From positions 40,758 through 104,757 of the forward strand of contig JANQFL010000074.1 of the NCBI GenBank assembly GCA_028277845.1: DNA of 64,000 bases, given 5' to 3'. Positions 1 to 10,080 of this stretch are shown in pieces. Source of the DNA: Sneathiellales bacterium (GTDB lineage Bacteria; Pseudomonadota; Alphaproteobacteria; JANQFL01). The notes beneath the pieces are model-generated. The model was not told where the DNA came from. It saw nothing but the letters and a program-made list of their open reading frames with translations, and made no database searches. The translations under genes and the position numbers were made by a program. The first letter of the stretch is position 1. Each line of letters starts with the position of its first letter.

Positions 1-1139
1 CAGTTGTAGCTGAAGTCGATGGCCAGGAAGAGCGGGCGGGTCAGGAAGTTGAGCCAGCCCCAGTCAATCGCCAGGTCGAAGCGCTTGATGCCCAGTTGCT
101 CGCCATAGGTCTCGATCAGATTGACTTCCTTGGCACCGGAGAACAGCCGGTTTTCCACTTCGGTCGATCCGCCGGCGGCGATGGTGATCGGTTCGAGCAG
201 ATAGTCGGTCTGGTATTTGTCGCCGTTCTTGGCGATGTGGCGGAAGGTGCCGGTGAAAGTCTGGGATTGATCGGGAATCAGCGCCGTCAGCCAGTACTTG
301 TCGGTGATGCCGATCCAGCCGCCGGTACTTTTCTCCGTCACCGTACGGTTCTCGGCCATGTCATCGTAGTCGTGTTCGGTCAGGGTTTCGTTGAAGACCC
401 CGAGTGCGCCCTCGTGCAGAATGAAGAACCCGGTCGTTTCCGGCGTACCGTGACGGGAGATCAACGCGTAGGGATACAAGGTGACGTTCGCATCGCCTTG
501 GTTCTGCACCCGCTGGGTCACCGTGATCATGTAGTTTTCGTCGAGCGTGTACGTGCGGGCGAACGTCAGGCCGGCACCGTTGTTCCAGGTCAGCGTGACG
601 GGTTTGGTGGGAGAGAGAACGTTGCTGTCCGCCGTCCATACCGTCTTGGCGTTGGGCACGGCCACGGTGGTCCCGGGCGCGACGGTCCAGCCGAATTCCG
701 CGTAGTAGGGGTTGGGTGAGCCGGTCGGCGACAGGACGACGATCTCGGGGCTGCCTTCGTCCGTGGTCTGGCGATAATCCGCCAGCGTCAGGTCGTCGAT
801 ACGGCCGCCGGTGAGGGCGATGGAGCCATGCAGGCGTTTGCTGTCGATCCTGATCCGCTGGGACTGCTTCAAGGCGGCTTCACGGGTGGCGGCGGCAAAT
901 TCCTGGCTGCTGGGTATTCCGCCCGGAACCGGTAGTGCGGATCCATCCGTCGATGGCGCCGGTACCGGCGTCGGCACTGTCTGGCCGGGCACCGCCTGGC
1001 CCGGCGCCGGTGCGGCCTGTTCTTGCAGGGCGGCCTGCCGCTGGGCCTCCTCGATGCGCGGCCGCTCGATGAAGAAGCTGTAACCGAACAGAATGGCGGC
1101 GGAAATGGCTATCGCGAGGATCAGATTTTTTTGGTCCAT
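1..1139 (-). CDS. yidC: Membrane protein insertase YidC (5' part; runs off left edge)
   Basis: Reverse strand reads MDQKNLILAIAISAAIL...; further in are GGRIDDLTL, LHEGALGV, GGWIGITDKYWLTALIP and LAIDWGWLNFLT, typical of YidC; directly downstream of yidD. Not in the ORF track because it is truncated. Confidence 0.95.
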   Translation of the reverse strand, partial: MDQKNLILAIAISAAILFGYSFFIERPRIEEAQRQAALQEQAAPAPGQAVPGQTVPTPVPAPSTDGSALPVPGGIPSSQEFAAATREAALKQSQRIRIDSKRLHGSIALTGGRIDDLTLADYRQTTDEGSPEIVVLSPTGSPNPYYAEFGWTVAPGTTVAVPNAKTVWTADSNVLSPTKPVTLTWNNGAGLTFARTYTLDENYMITVTQRVQNQGDANVTLYPYALISRHGTPETTGFFILHEGALGVFNETLTEHDYDDMAENRTVTEKSTGGWIGITDKYWLTALIPDQSQTFTGTFRHIAKNGDKYQTDYLLEPITIAAGGSTEVENRLFSGAKEVNLIETYGEQLGIKRFDLAIDWGWLNFLTRPLFLAIDFSYN

Positions 1140-1152
1140 GACGTTCGATGAC

Positions 1153-1434
1153 TTAACTGTTGGCGCCGCCGGCGGGTCCGCCGCAGCAGTGATTGTGGTC
1201 GGAAGACTGCGCCGGGCCGGGCACCGGGTCGTAACCGGAACCGCCCCAGGGATGGCAGCGGGAAATGCGCCGGGCCGCCAGCCAGCCCCCTTTGATGGCG
1301 CCGTGGTTTGCCAAGGCCTCCATCGCATAGGCCGAACAGGTCGGCGCGTACCGGCAGTTGGCGCCCAAGTAAGGCGATATCAGCAATTGATAGCCGCGAA
1401 CCAGCCAGCGGAGCATATGTGCCAGAGGAGACAT
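1153..1434 (-). CDS. yidD: Membrane protein insertion efficiency factor YidD
   Basis: [23 protein letters not shown]...[14 protein letters not shown] signature; rnpA-yidD-yidC synteny. Confidence 0.95.
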   Translation of the reverse strand: MSPLAHMLRWLVRGYQLLISPYLGANCRYAPTCSAYAMEALANHGAIKGGWLAARRISRCHPWGGSGYDPVPGPAQSSDHNHCCGGPAGGANS

Positions 1435-1436
1435 GG

Positions 1437-1841
1437 TTATGACGTGCTGCCGCTGTGGTTGCCGTTACGGGTGTCTGCGATACGTTCCAAAGTGCCGGTC
1501 CGGTCGAGAGCCTGTACCAGGTCCGACTTCAAGGCCTCAAACGGCCGAATCAGTGTCCCTTTGCGGCCGATCAGAACGAAGTCGAAGCCGCCGCGTGCGC
1601 GGTGCGGCAAAATCTCGCGCGCAACCGCACGCAAACGCCGCTTGACCCGATTACGGATCACGGCGTTGCCGACCTTCTTGGTGACCGTAAAGCCGACACG
1701 GCGATCATCGGCATCGTGCGCGGATGACGCGTGGAACCGGTCGGTTTGGAGAATCAGGCCCGGCGCCGCCCACTTACGACGCGCCCGCGCGATCCGGAGA
1801 AATTCGGACCGGCGTGTGAGGCGGCCGACGGCGGGCGTCAT
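1437..1841 (-). CDS. rnpA: Ribonuclease P protein component
   Basis: [24 protein letters not shown] (RNR motif); synteny. Confidence 0.95.
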   Translation of the reverse strand: MTPAVGRLTRRSEFLRIARARRKWAAPGLILQTDRFHASSAHDADDRRVGFTVTKKVGNAVIRNRVKRRLRAVAREILPHRARGGFDFVLIGRKGTLIRPFEALKSDLVQALDRTGTLERIADTRNGNHSGSTS

Positions 1842-1846
1842 GGCAA

Positions 1847-1981
1847 TCAGGCGGAAAGGCGTTTGCGGCCCTTGGCGCGGCGGCGGGCGAGTACTTTGCG
1901 GCCACCGACGGTCGCACGGCGGGCGCGGAACCCGTGCCGACGCTTGCGCACGAGGACGCTCGGTTGATAAGTCCGTTTCAC
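1847..1981 (-). CDS. rpmH: 50S ribosomal protein L34
   Basis: Manual translation from GTG: [44 protein letters not shown] (44 aa); not in the ORF track. Confidence 0.97.
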   Translation of the reverse strand: MKRTYQPSVLVRKRRHGFRARRATVGGRKVLARRRAKGRKRLSA

Positions 1982-2293
1982 TGGTAACGCTCCATGGAGC
2001 TGCCCGTTCGTCGGGCAGGAAAAAACAAGGCCCGGTGTATACGGACTCGTGGCCCCGAAGTCAATTCACCTCTGCGCTTTTGCGCAATCAGGCGGCGGAT
2101 TTGATGGCCGCGTGGCCGCCGCGGTTTCACGTTTGGGTGAGACACCCTACAATCGCCGCGGCCAACACCACCATATGGCGTATGTTAGGCATAACCGGAA
2201 CCCGTATTTTGTAGTGCAAATCCGATAACAGGGACAGCGATCGTCGCAAAACGGCCGGAAACAAGGTCACCGACAGCGGAGGTGCGGAAGAGA

Positions 2294-3133
2294 ATGGCAT
2301 CTGCAAACAGCCGCAACACCAGATCTCTTGTGTTGAAGTTGATACCGGTTCTCGCCTTAGTTGCAGGTCTCGGTCTTTTTTTCGCACTCGACGGACCCAG
2401 CTACATCTCCTTCGACGCCTTGCACAAGCACCGTTCCGCCCTGATCGACTGGATCGGCGGTAACGGCGGTGTCGCGGCCCTGGCGTTCATCGGTTCCTAT
2501 GCGGTGGTTACGGCGTTTTCGCTGCCCGTTGCATCCCTGCTGACCATTGGCGCCGGCTTTCTCTTTGGCACGGCCCTGGCGGACATCCTGCCTGCGGCCA
2601 CCAGGGACGGCCTGGTCGACACCTTCGGTGCGTCGGCGCCCAGCATCGTCGGCACCGCCGTCACCACGCTGTACATCATCGCCGGCGGTACCTTGGGGGC
2701 AACCGCCCTGTTCCTTGCCGCCAAGACGGCCTTTGCCGAACTTCTACGGGCCAAAGCCGGCGGTACCATCCGCAAGCTCGAAGAAGGTTTTCGCGAAAAC
2801 GAACTCAGTTACATGTTGATCCTGCGCCTCATTCCGGTGTTTCCGTTCTGGCTGGTCAATCTGGCACCGGCGTTTCTCGGCGTATCGCTGCGGGCCTTTG
2901 TCATCGGAACGTTCTTCGGCATCATCCCCGGGACATTCGTCTATGCATTGGTCGGCAACGGCTTGGGATCGATTTTCGCCGAATGCGATTTACGGCCCGA
3001 ACGGACGTGCGAGGCACCAAATCTGGGCGCATTCCTGCTGCAGCCGAGTATTATCCTGCCTATCGTCGGTTTGATCGTGCTGGCCGCCCTGCCTGTGGTG
3101 CATAAGAAACTCAAGGCGCGTCGCACGGCCTGA
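2294..3133 (+). CDS. TVP38/TMEM64 (VTT/DedA superfamily) membrane protein
   Basis: Multi-TM; LRLIPVFPFWLVNLAPAFLGV and GTFFGIIPGTFVY motifs. Confidence 0.88.
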   Translation: MASANSRNTRSLVLKLIPVLALVAGLGLFFALDGPSYISFDALHKHRSALIDWIGGNGGVAALAFIGSYAVVTAFSLPVASLLTIGAGFLFGTALADILPAATRDGLVDTFGASAPSIVGTAVTTLYIIAGGTLGATALFLAAKTAFAELLRAKAGGTIRKLEEGFRENELSYMLILRLIPVFPFWLVNLAPAFLGVSLRAFVIGTFFGIIPGTFVYALVGNGLGSIFAECDLRPERTCEAPNLGAFLLQPSIILPIVGLIVLAALPVVHKKLKARRTA

Positions 3134-3155
3134 CGGCGCAACCAGGGGGAGGGGC

Positions 3156-4577
3156 ATGGCGGAAACCATCACGACCGATATCTGCGTCATCGGTGCCGGA
3201 TCGGGCGGGCTTTCGGTGGCGGCCGGGGCCAGTCAAATGGGGGCGTCCGTCGTCCTGGTCGAAGCGGACAAGATGGGGGGCGATTGTCTCAACACCGGAT
3301 GCGTTCCGTCCAAAGCCATGCTGGCGGCGGCGCACGCCGCCCAATCCGGCCGCGAGGCCGGCCCGTTCGGCATCATCGGCGGTGGCGTCGAGGTCGATTT
3401 CGGCCTCGTCAACGACCACGTGAAGGGCGTCATCGCCTCCATTGCACCGCATGATTCGGTGGAGCGGTTCGAAGGCTTGGGCGTGCGTGTCATCAAGGGC
3501 CGTGCCGTTTTCACCGGGCCCGACCGCGTGTCCGTCGGCGACGTGGTGGTCCGGGCGCGCCGCATTGTCGTCGCCACCGGGTCGTCTCCCCTGGTGCCGC
3601 CCATCCCGGGTTTGGACGGGATTCCGTACATGACCAATGAAACGGTCTTCGAAAACCGGGTCAGGCCCGATCATCTGCTCATCCTGGGCGGCGGTCCGAT
3701 CGGGCTGGAGATGGCACAGGCGCACCGCCGGTTGGGGTCCCGCGTGACGGTTTTGGAAATGGCGACGGTTCTGCCCCGCGACGACCGCGAACTGGCTGAC
3801 GTCGTCGCCGGCCGGTTGCGCCGGGAGGGCGTTGCGTTGATGGAAGGCGTCAAGGTGGTCGCGGCCGAGCCCGCCTCCGAGGGTATTGCCCTGACCCTGG
3901 AAACGGAAGACGGCCAACGGCAGCTCACCGGCTCGCACCTGCTGGTCGCCGCCGGACGCCGGGCCAATGTTCAGGACCTGGGGTTGGAACGGGCCGGCAT
4001 CGACTACACGCCGCAAGGCATCACCGTCGACAAACGGATGCGGACATCGAACAGGAAAGTGTTTGCCATCGGCGATGTGGCGGGCGGACCCCAGTTTACC
4101 CATGTCGCCGGCTACCACGCCGGCATCGTCATCCGCAACGCCCTGTTCAGACTGCCGGCCAAGGCGGACCACGCCGCCATACCCTGGGTGACCTATACCG
4201 ACCCGGAACTGGCCTATGTCGGCCTGTCCGAGGATCAGGCCCGCGAACTGGGAGCGTTCAATGTCCTGCGTTCGCCGTACGCCGAAAACGACCGGGCACG
4301 GGCGGAGCGCAAGACCGACGGCTTGATCAAGGTGCTGGTCAACCGGAAGGGCAAGGTGCTGGGTGCCGGCATCGCCGGCGCCCATGCCGGTGAACTCATC
4401 CTGCCGTGGGTATTGGCCGTGCGACGCGGCCTGAAGGTCGGTGCCGTGGCGGATGTCGTGGCGCCGTACCCGACGCTGAGTGAAATCGGCAAACGTGCCG
4501 CCGGCAGCTATTTCGTGCCCAAGCTGTTCAGCAATCGGACCCGCAAACTGGTGCGTTTTTTATCGCGCTTCGGTTGA
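3156..4577 (+). CDS. Pyridine nucleotide-disulfide oxidoreductase (dihydrolipoamide dehydrogenase/MerA-like family)
   Basis: GAGSGG FAD motif, GGDCLNTGCVPSK redox disulfide, GGGPIG NAD motif, YPTLSE; commonly paired with VTT proteins. Confidence 0.88.
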   Translation: MAETITTDICVIGAGSGGLSVAAGASQMGASVVLVEADKMGGDCLNTGCVPSKAMLAAAHAAQSGREAGPFGIIGGGVEVDFGLVNDHVKGVIASIAPHDSVERFEGLGVRVIKGRAVFTGPDRVSVGDVVVRARRIVVATGSSPLVPPIPGLDGIPYMTNETVFENRVRPDHLLILGGGPIGLEMAQAHRRLGSRVTVLEMATVLPRDDRELADVVAGRLRREGVALMEGVKVVAAEPASEGIALTLETEDGQRQLTGSHLLVAAGRRANVQDLGLERAGIDYTPQGITVDKRMRTSNRKVFAIGDVAGGPQFTHVAGYHAGIVIRNALFRLPAKADHAAIPWVTYTDPELAYVGLSEDQARELGAFNVLRSPYAENDRARAERKTDGLIKVLVNRKGKVLGAGIAGAHAGELILPWVLAVRRGLKVGAVADVVAPYPTLSEIGKRAAGSYFVPKLFSNRTRKLVRFLSRFG

Positions 4578-4733
4578 TTCGTGCTCGCCAATCCATCACA
4601 GTCCTGTGAATTGGCTTGATTGGACGATCGGAGCACGCAGCCGCACTTTGTGACTGGCAGTAAGGGGGTGGCCCGTTCTGGAATATGTCCGCGCTGCCGA
4701 CCCATAATCTCAGTCAGCAAGGAGGTATTCTCG

Positions 4734-4976
4734 ATGTTCAAGGAAGTTCTCACCGCCGCCGCCGTCGCCGTCATGGCCAGTGCCGTCGCCGTACCGGGCG
4801 CGGTTGCCAGTTGTGCGCCCGCCAAGGCCTGTAACCCGTGTGCGGCGAAAAATCCGTGCGCCGCAAAAGCCGGCTGCAACCCGTGCGCAGCCAAAAACCC
4901 CTGCGCCGTAAAGAAGAAGTGCAATCCCTGCAATCCGTGCGCGGCGAAAAACCCCTGCGCCGCGAAAAAGTCGTAA
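4734..4976 (+). CDS. Secreted Cys-rich NPCAAK-repeat peptide (80 aa)
   Basis: GGAGG RBS at 4721-4725, ATG 4734, Sec-like signal ending AVA, then 11 Cys and 7 NPC units. Confidence 0.8.
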   Translation: MFKEVLTAAAVAVMASAVAVPGAVASCAPAKACNPCAAKNPCAAKAGCNPCAAKNPCAVKKKCNPCNPCAAKNPCAAKKS

Positions 4977-5013
4977 CGTCGGTGTGACGGACCGGCCGGT
5001 AACGGAACACCTC

Positions 5014-5481
5014 ATGACAAAGCGCTTGCTGCATATCGCTGTTTTGTGTTTTGGCGTGACCGTTTCCGTGCTGGCCGGGCCCGCATTGCCGGACGAAGCA
5101 ACGGTTATCCGCCTCACCCAGGCGGGGTGCCAGTTCATCGAACCCGAAGGGGAGAATCACGGTTTCCGGCCGGCCAACGCCACCGACTGCATCGACATCA
5201 ATACCCGGACGTCCAAACGCAGGCTGGCGGCCTCCGATGTGATGCGGTTGAAGCCGGGGGCTTACGTGTTTCGCGTTACCAACAGCAACGTGCCCTACGA
5301 CATCGGGTTTTATCTGCGCTCGGCCAGCGAAGTGCTGGTGCCGTTCAAGCCGAGCGTCATGGGCGGTGGTATCGCCACGGGCGGTTCGCGTGACTATACG
5401 GTGCGGCTGGAGGAAGGCGAATACGTCTTTTCCTGCCCGCTGAATCCCACACCCAACTATCGTTTGGTCGTCAAACAATAG
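5014..5481 (+). CDS. Exported cupredoxin-like-fold protein
   Basis: Signal peptide; LKPGAYVFRVTN and GEYVFSCPLNPTPNY resemble cupredoxin-type beta-sandwich ends. Confidence 0.6.
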   Translation: MTKRLLHIAVLCFGVTVSVLAGPALPDEATVIRLTQAGCQFIEPEGENHGFRPANATDCIDINTRTSKRRLAASDVMRLKPGAYVFRVTNSNVPYDIGFYLRSASEVLVPFKPSVMGGGIATGGSRDYTVRLEEGEYVFSCPLNPTPNYRLVVKQ

Positions 5482-5554
5482 TCTCCAGAAATCGGTTCCC
5501 GGAACCTTGCCGCGCTATGTTGCCTACGGCGAAATGCGTGTAGATTATGCCCTC

Positions 5555-6949
5555 ATGGAGGGCACGAACGGAAACCTGTTTCCCCTGCGCCGAAGCTTGT
5601 CGACGCGACTGTTGGTCTTGACGGTCGCGTTTGTCATGTTGAGCGAGGTACTCATCTATGTGCCGTCCATTGCGCGCTTTCGGCAGTCCTATCTCGACGA
5701 ACGCCTGGCCCAGGCCCACCTAGCGACACTGGCCATGCTGGCGGCGCCCAACAACGAGGTCAACGACGAGCTGGAGCGGGAGATGCTGTTCCGGGTGGGG
5801 GCGCGGGCGATCATTCTGAAACGGCCGGCCAGCCGCTTCCTCATGCTCAGCGACGACATGCCGGCCCGGATCGACGTGACGTTCGACATGCGCGATCCCA
5901 TGCCCATGGAATTGCTCATGCACACGTTCGATGCGCTGGTTCAGCCCGACGACCGTTTGATGCGTATCATCGGCGAGGTTTCCGGCGCGACGTCGACGAC
6001 GGTGGAAGTCATCTTGCCCGAAGCGCCGTTGCGTGAAGCCATGTTCGACTTCTCGTGGCGTATCCTGACCTTGTCGATCATCATCTCCCTGTTTACCGCC
6101 GGGCTGGTGTATCTCAGCCTGTCGTGGCTGATGGTCCGGCCCATGGCCCGGCTGACGGAAAGCATGATGCGTTTCCGTCAGCGTCCGGAAGACGCCTCGC
6201 GCATCGTACAACCCTCCGATCGCCAGGACGAAATCGGCCAGGCCCAACGGGAACTGGCGGTCATGCAGAGCGCGCTGCGTGATTCACTCCGGCAGAAGAC
6301 GCATCTGGCGGCACTCGGTACGGCGGTTTCCAAGATCAACCACGACCTGCGCAATATTCTGGCGGTGGCGCAACTGGTGTCGGACCGGTTCGTCGATAGC
6401 GCCGACCCCGAGGTGCGCCGGATTACGCCCAGGCTGTTGTCGAGCATCGACCGGGCCACCAGCCTGTGCGCCCGGACCTTGAAGTTCGGCCGGGCCGACG
6501 AGCCGGCGCCGGAAAAGACCCGTTTCGCATTGCGGCCGTTGATCGACGAGGTCGCGCTTGCCGTCGGCGGTACCGGCGACGACCATACGACCTGGACGAA
6601 CGACATCGCGGACGATGTCGAGGTCTTTGCCGATCACGACCAGCTCTTCCGGGTGTTCCTCAACCTGGGTCGCAATGCCGTGCAGGCCGCCGGTCCGGAG
6701 GTTCTCATCCGGGTGGTCTGCGAACCGTGCGAGGAGGGACTGGCTATTGACGTCATCGACAATGGTCCCGGCCTGCCGGAAGCCGCCAAACAGCATCTCT
6801 TCGAACCCTTCACCGGCAGCGCGCGGGCGGGCGGGACCGGGCTCGGACTGGTGATCGTCAAGGATTTGATCTCGGCCCACGGCGGAACCGTGGACGTCCG
6901 CTCCACCGGCCCCGAAGGCACTGTTTTCCGCGTGATTTTGCCCGCATAG
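5555..6949 (+). CDS. HAMP-domain sensor histidine kinase
   Basis: 2 TM, HAMP, H-box KINHDLRN, N-box NLGRNA, DNGPG, GGTGLGL; start uncertain (5507-5555). Confidence 0.9.
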   Translation: MEGTNGNLFPLRRSLSTRLLVLTVAFVMLSEVLIYVPSIARFRQSYLDERLAQAHLATLAMLAAPNNEVNDELEREMLFRVGARAIILKRPASRFLMLSDDMPARIDVTFDMRDPMPMELLMHTFDALVQPDDRLMRIIGEVSGATSTTVEVILPEAPLREAMFDFSWRILTLSIIISLFTAGLVYLSLSWLMVRPMARLTESMMRFRQRPEDASRIVQPSDRQDEIGQAQRELAVMQSALRDSLRQKTHLAALGTAVSKINHDLRNILAVAQLVSDRFVDSADPEVRRITPRLLSSIDRATSLCARTLKFGRADEPAPEKTRFALRPLIDEVALAVGGTGDDHTTWTNDIADDVEVFADHDQLFRVFLNLGRNAVQAAGPEVLIRVVCEPCEEGLAIDVIDNGPGLPEAAKQHLFEPFTGSARAGGTGLGLVIVKDLISAHGGTVDVRSTGPEGTVFRVILPA

Positions 6950-7072
6950 GCCGGGTGTTGTCGCGGTAATTTTCTACAAATTGGTGCGAAGTATTAAGGG
7001 TCCCTTTACGCCGTTGTGGTGCAATAGCCTGTCCGCGAGCCCTTGATCGGGCCGCTGTGGAAGGTAAGTCGA

Positions 7073-7543
7073 ATGACGCGCGCCATGAAAATCGTTGGAA
7101 TACTGGGCATTCTGCTGATAACCGGCGGCTGTGCGCAGCTGGCGGCGTCCGTGGTCAACCAGGTTGCCGTCGCGACCGTCGACCAGAAGGTCTCCGATAT
7201 CCTGGAGCGGGACTGCAACAGCTACCGCTTCGTCCGTGGTGGCGACTATTGTGAAGAACAGGCGTTCGTCGATCCCGGCCCGCAGGTCTATTGCTACAAG
7301 ACGCTCGGCGGCGTCGATTGCCACGAAAAGCCGGATCCTTACAAAGTCTCGAAACACGGCCGGACGAACCAACCGAAAGAGCTGGCCACCCCGTCTTACA
7401 AGACGATGCAGCAACAGGCCGACGCAAACCGCGAGCGCCTGCGCCGCCGGCGCGGCGACGACGAGCCGCGGGACCATGAGCCCGAATGGCGGGTGCCGCA
7501 GAAACGGCCGCCCCAAAACGTGTCCGACGAAACCGACATCTGA
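7073..7543 (+). CDS. Hypothetical lipoprotein, Cys-paired
   Basis: Lipobox-like LITGG-C; CNSYRF..DYC and YCYKTLGGVDC. Confidence 0.65.
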   Translation: MTRAMKIVGILGILLITGGCAQLAASVVNQVAVATVDQKVSDILERDCNSYRFVRGGDYCEEQAFVDPGPQVYCYKTLGGVDCHEKPDPYKVSKHGRTNQPKELATPSYKTMQQQADANRERLRRRRGDDEPRDHEPEWRVPQKRPPQNVSDETDI

Positions 7544-7610
7544 CCGCGATTCCATTTGCCAGTTTCCGTTGATCCGGGGATTCCGTCATTGACCGGAATA
7601 CTCTAAAACC

Positions 7611-8390
7611 ATGCCCATGGCATGGGATCCCAATCAATATCTGAAATTCGCCGGGTTGCGTTTGCGTCCGGCGTTGGACTTGCTGGCGCAAATTCCCTTG
7701 GAAGCGCCGCAAACGGTGTTCGATCTCGGCGCGGGCGCCGGCAACGTGACCCGCATTTTACAGGACCGCTGGCCGGATGCCGCCGTGACCGGCGTCGATT
7801 CCTCTCCCGAAATGTTCGAGAAGGCCCGCTCCGAACACCCCGACATCGGCTGGCGGTTGTCCGATCTGGCCGATTGGCGGCCGGATCAACCCGCGGATAT
7901 CATCTATTCCAATGCCGCCTTGCATTGGTTGTCCGACCACCGCGCGCTGTTCACCGCATTGATGGATAGCGTAGCGCCCGGCGGTGTCCTGGCCGTTCAG
8001 ATGCCGCGCAATTTTTCCGCTCCGTCCCACACCGCGATGGCCGACGCCGCCCGGGAAGGGCCTTGGCGGGACATTCTGGAGCCCTTGCTGCGGCCGGCGC
8101 CCGTGGCGGAACCGGACTATTACTACGATGTCCTCACCGCTGCAGGCGCGGACCCGGTGATTTGGGAAACCGAATACGTCCAGGTTCTGGAGGGAGACGA
8201 TCCGGTCAAGGAATGGACCAAGGGCACCTGGTTGCGGCCTTTGCTGGATGCCCTGGACGAACCGGACCGGTCCGTTTTCGAAGCAGCCTATGCCGCCAAG
8301 GTTCGCGCCGCTTATCCACGCCGGGATGACGGCGTCACTTTGTTTCCGTTCCGGCGGCTGTTTATCGTCGCAGCGAAACCGGATTCGTAA
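7611..8390 (+). CDS. tam: Trans-aconitate 2-methyltransferase
   Basis: WDPNQYLKF..R.RPALDLL, DLGAGAG, SNAALHW, LAVQMP, FPFRRLFIVA. Confidence 0.9.
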   Translation: MPMAWDPNQYLKFAGLRLRPALDLLAQIPLEAPQTVFDLGAGAGNVTRILQDRWPDAAVTGVDSSPEMFEKARSEHPDIGWRLSDLADWRPDQPADIIYSNAALHWLSDHRALFTALMDSVAPGGVLAVQMPRNFSAPSHTAMADAAREGPWRDILEPLLRPAPVAEPDYYYDVLTAAGADPVIWETEYVQVLEGDDPVKEWTKGTWLRPLLDALDEPDRSVFEAAYAAKVRAAYPRRDDGVTLFPFRRLFIVAAKPDS

Positions 8391-8461
8391 GACCGTCGCT
8401 TTTCCCGCCTTCCTCGGCGTGATAGATATGCATCTGGTTTTCCCAGCCGGGGGTGTGGTCC

Positions 8462-9106
8462 ATGGCGGCTAAAGTACTGACAATCGCGCAACAGAAAGGC
8501 GGAACCGGTAAGACGACGGTGGCCGCCCAACTGGCTGTTGCCTGGGCGGGCCGGGGGCGCAAGGTCGCTCTGATCGACCTCGACCCGCAGGAAAGCCTCA
8601 GTGCCTGGTTTTGGCTGCGGCGCGAGATGTACGGCGACGAAGCCGACAACATCGTTTTGCACAGCGCGTCCGCCGGCCGCACGGCCCTGTTGCTGGCACG
8701 GCTGAAGCCGGACCACGATATCGTCATCATCGACAGTCCGCCGCACACCCGGACCGAGGCGCAGGTGGCCATCGCCAAGGCCGACCTGGTCGTGACGCCC
8801 GTTCAGTTGAGTCCGATGGATCTCTGGGCGACGAAACCGACCCTGGAGCTGGCGGAGAAACAGAAGGTGGCGGCCATGCTGGTGCTTAACCGGGTGCCGC
8901 CGCGGGGCAACACGCCGGCCGCCGTCCGCGATGCCATCCGGCAGAAAAAGCTGCCGGTCGCCAGGGTATCCCTGGGGAATCGCCTGGCATTTGCCTCCAG
9001 CCTCATGGAGGGCCGCGGCGTGACGGAATCGGAGCCGTCGAGTTCCGCGTCCGCGGAAGTTCTGGCGCTGGCTTCGGAAATCTCCCGCCGTCTCAGCCGG
9101 GGCTGA
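8462..9106 (+). CDS. ParA/Soj-family ATPase (orphan)
   Basis: Deviant Walker A QQKGGTGKTT, DLDPQ, IIDSPP; no parB adjacent. Confidence 0.88.
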   Translation: MAAKVLTIAQQKGGTGKTTVAAQLAVAWAGRGRKVALIDLDPQESLSAWFWLRREMYGDEADNIVLHSASAGRTALLLARLKPDHDIVIIDSPPHTRTEAQVAIAKADLVVTPVQLSPMDLWATKPTLELAEKQKVAAMLVLNRVPPRGNTPAAVRDAIRQKKLPVARVSLGNRLAFASSLMEGRGVTESEPSSSASAEVLALASEISRRLSRG

Positions 9107-9156
9107 AATCTCCGCCGGAGAACGGCGCTCCCGATCAACTGACCGGAAGGTGCGTC

Positions 9157-9882
9157 TTGATCGTGCTTTTTACCGATTTCGGCTGGAACGGGCCTTATGT
9201 CGGTCAAATGAAGGCCGCCATTGTCAAGCGTGCGCCCGAGGTTCCGGTCATCGACCTGTTGCACGATGCGCCCGCTTTCGACCCCAAGGCGTCGGCTTAT
9301 CTGTTGCCGGCCTATGCCGCATGTTTCCCCAAAGGGAGTGTTTTCTTGTGCGTCGTCGATCCCGGTGTCGGCGGCACGCGCGATCCGTTGATCGTTCGGG
9401 CGGACGGACGGTGGTTCGTCGGGCCGGGCAATGGATTGTTTGAAATCGTGCGGCGACGGGCCGCACCGTCCAGGCAGTGGATCATCGAGTGGCGGCCCGA
9501 GCACCTGTCGGCCAGTTTTCATGGCCGCGATCTGTTTGCGCCCGTTGCGGCCGGCTTGGCCCGTGGAGTCATGCCGGCGGCCCGGATTTTGACCGCCGAT
9601 GAACAACGTCACCACGACTGGCCCGATGATCTTGCGGAAGTGACGTACGTCGACCATTACGGAAATGCCGTGACCGGTACGCGGGCGTCCCGGATCGGCA
9701 CCGACAGTTCGGTGACGATCAACGGGCAAACCATCGATCATGCCCGGACGTTCGGCGACAAGGAGCCCGGCCAGGCTTTCTGGTACGCCAACGCCAACGG
9801 TTTGTTGGAAATTTCCGTCAACCAGGGCCGCGCGGTCGATGTTTTGGGTGCCGCCGTGGGCACGCCTATCCTGTTTTGTTAA
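9157..9882 (+). CDS. SAM hydroxide adenosyltransferase/chlorinase-fluorinase family (DUF62)
   Basis: LFTDFG..GPYVGQMK, VVDPGVG, SFHGRDLFAP, VDHYGN. Confidence 0.9.
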   Translation: MIVLFTDFGWNGPYVGQMKAAIVKRAPEVPVIDLLHDAPAFDPKASAYLLPAYAACFPKGSVFLCVVDPGVGGTRDPLIVRADGRWFVGPGNGLFEIVRRRAAPSRQWIIEWRPEHLSASFHGRDLFAPVAAGLARGVMPAARILTADEQRHHDWPDDLAEVTYVDHYGNAVTGTRASRIGTDSSVTINGQTIDHARTFGDKEPGQAFWYANANGLLEISVNQGRAVDVLGAAVGTPILFC

Positions 9883-10080
9883 CTTTTTGTGCGCGTTATC
9901 AGGGAAATTTGGGCGAAATCGAGCCCGATTGAACGCGTGTTCAAAATTGAAACGCAAAGTGATCGGACATTTTTCCGTCACAGGGAATATTGTCTAAGGC
10001 GCTGAAAAGTAAGAAAAAGCGTATTTCCGACGACTCGGAATTTGAACGATCTCACCAACAAAGGTTAAAGAGCGGCCGAT

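Noticed and set aside
3156-4577. True mercuric reductase / mer operon
   Set aside because: No C-terminal Cys-Cys, no metal-binding N-terminal domain, no merR/T/P
4800-4976. Short tandem DNA repeats as a CRISPR array or VNTR
   Set aside because: Repeats are in-frame, vary at synonymous positions and have no spacers; they encode the NPCAAK peptide
9157-9882. Halogenase indicating a halometabolite cluster
   Set aside because: The DUF62 SAM-hydrolase type is widespread and no biosynthetic genes are adjacent
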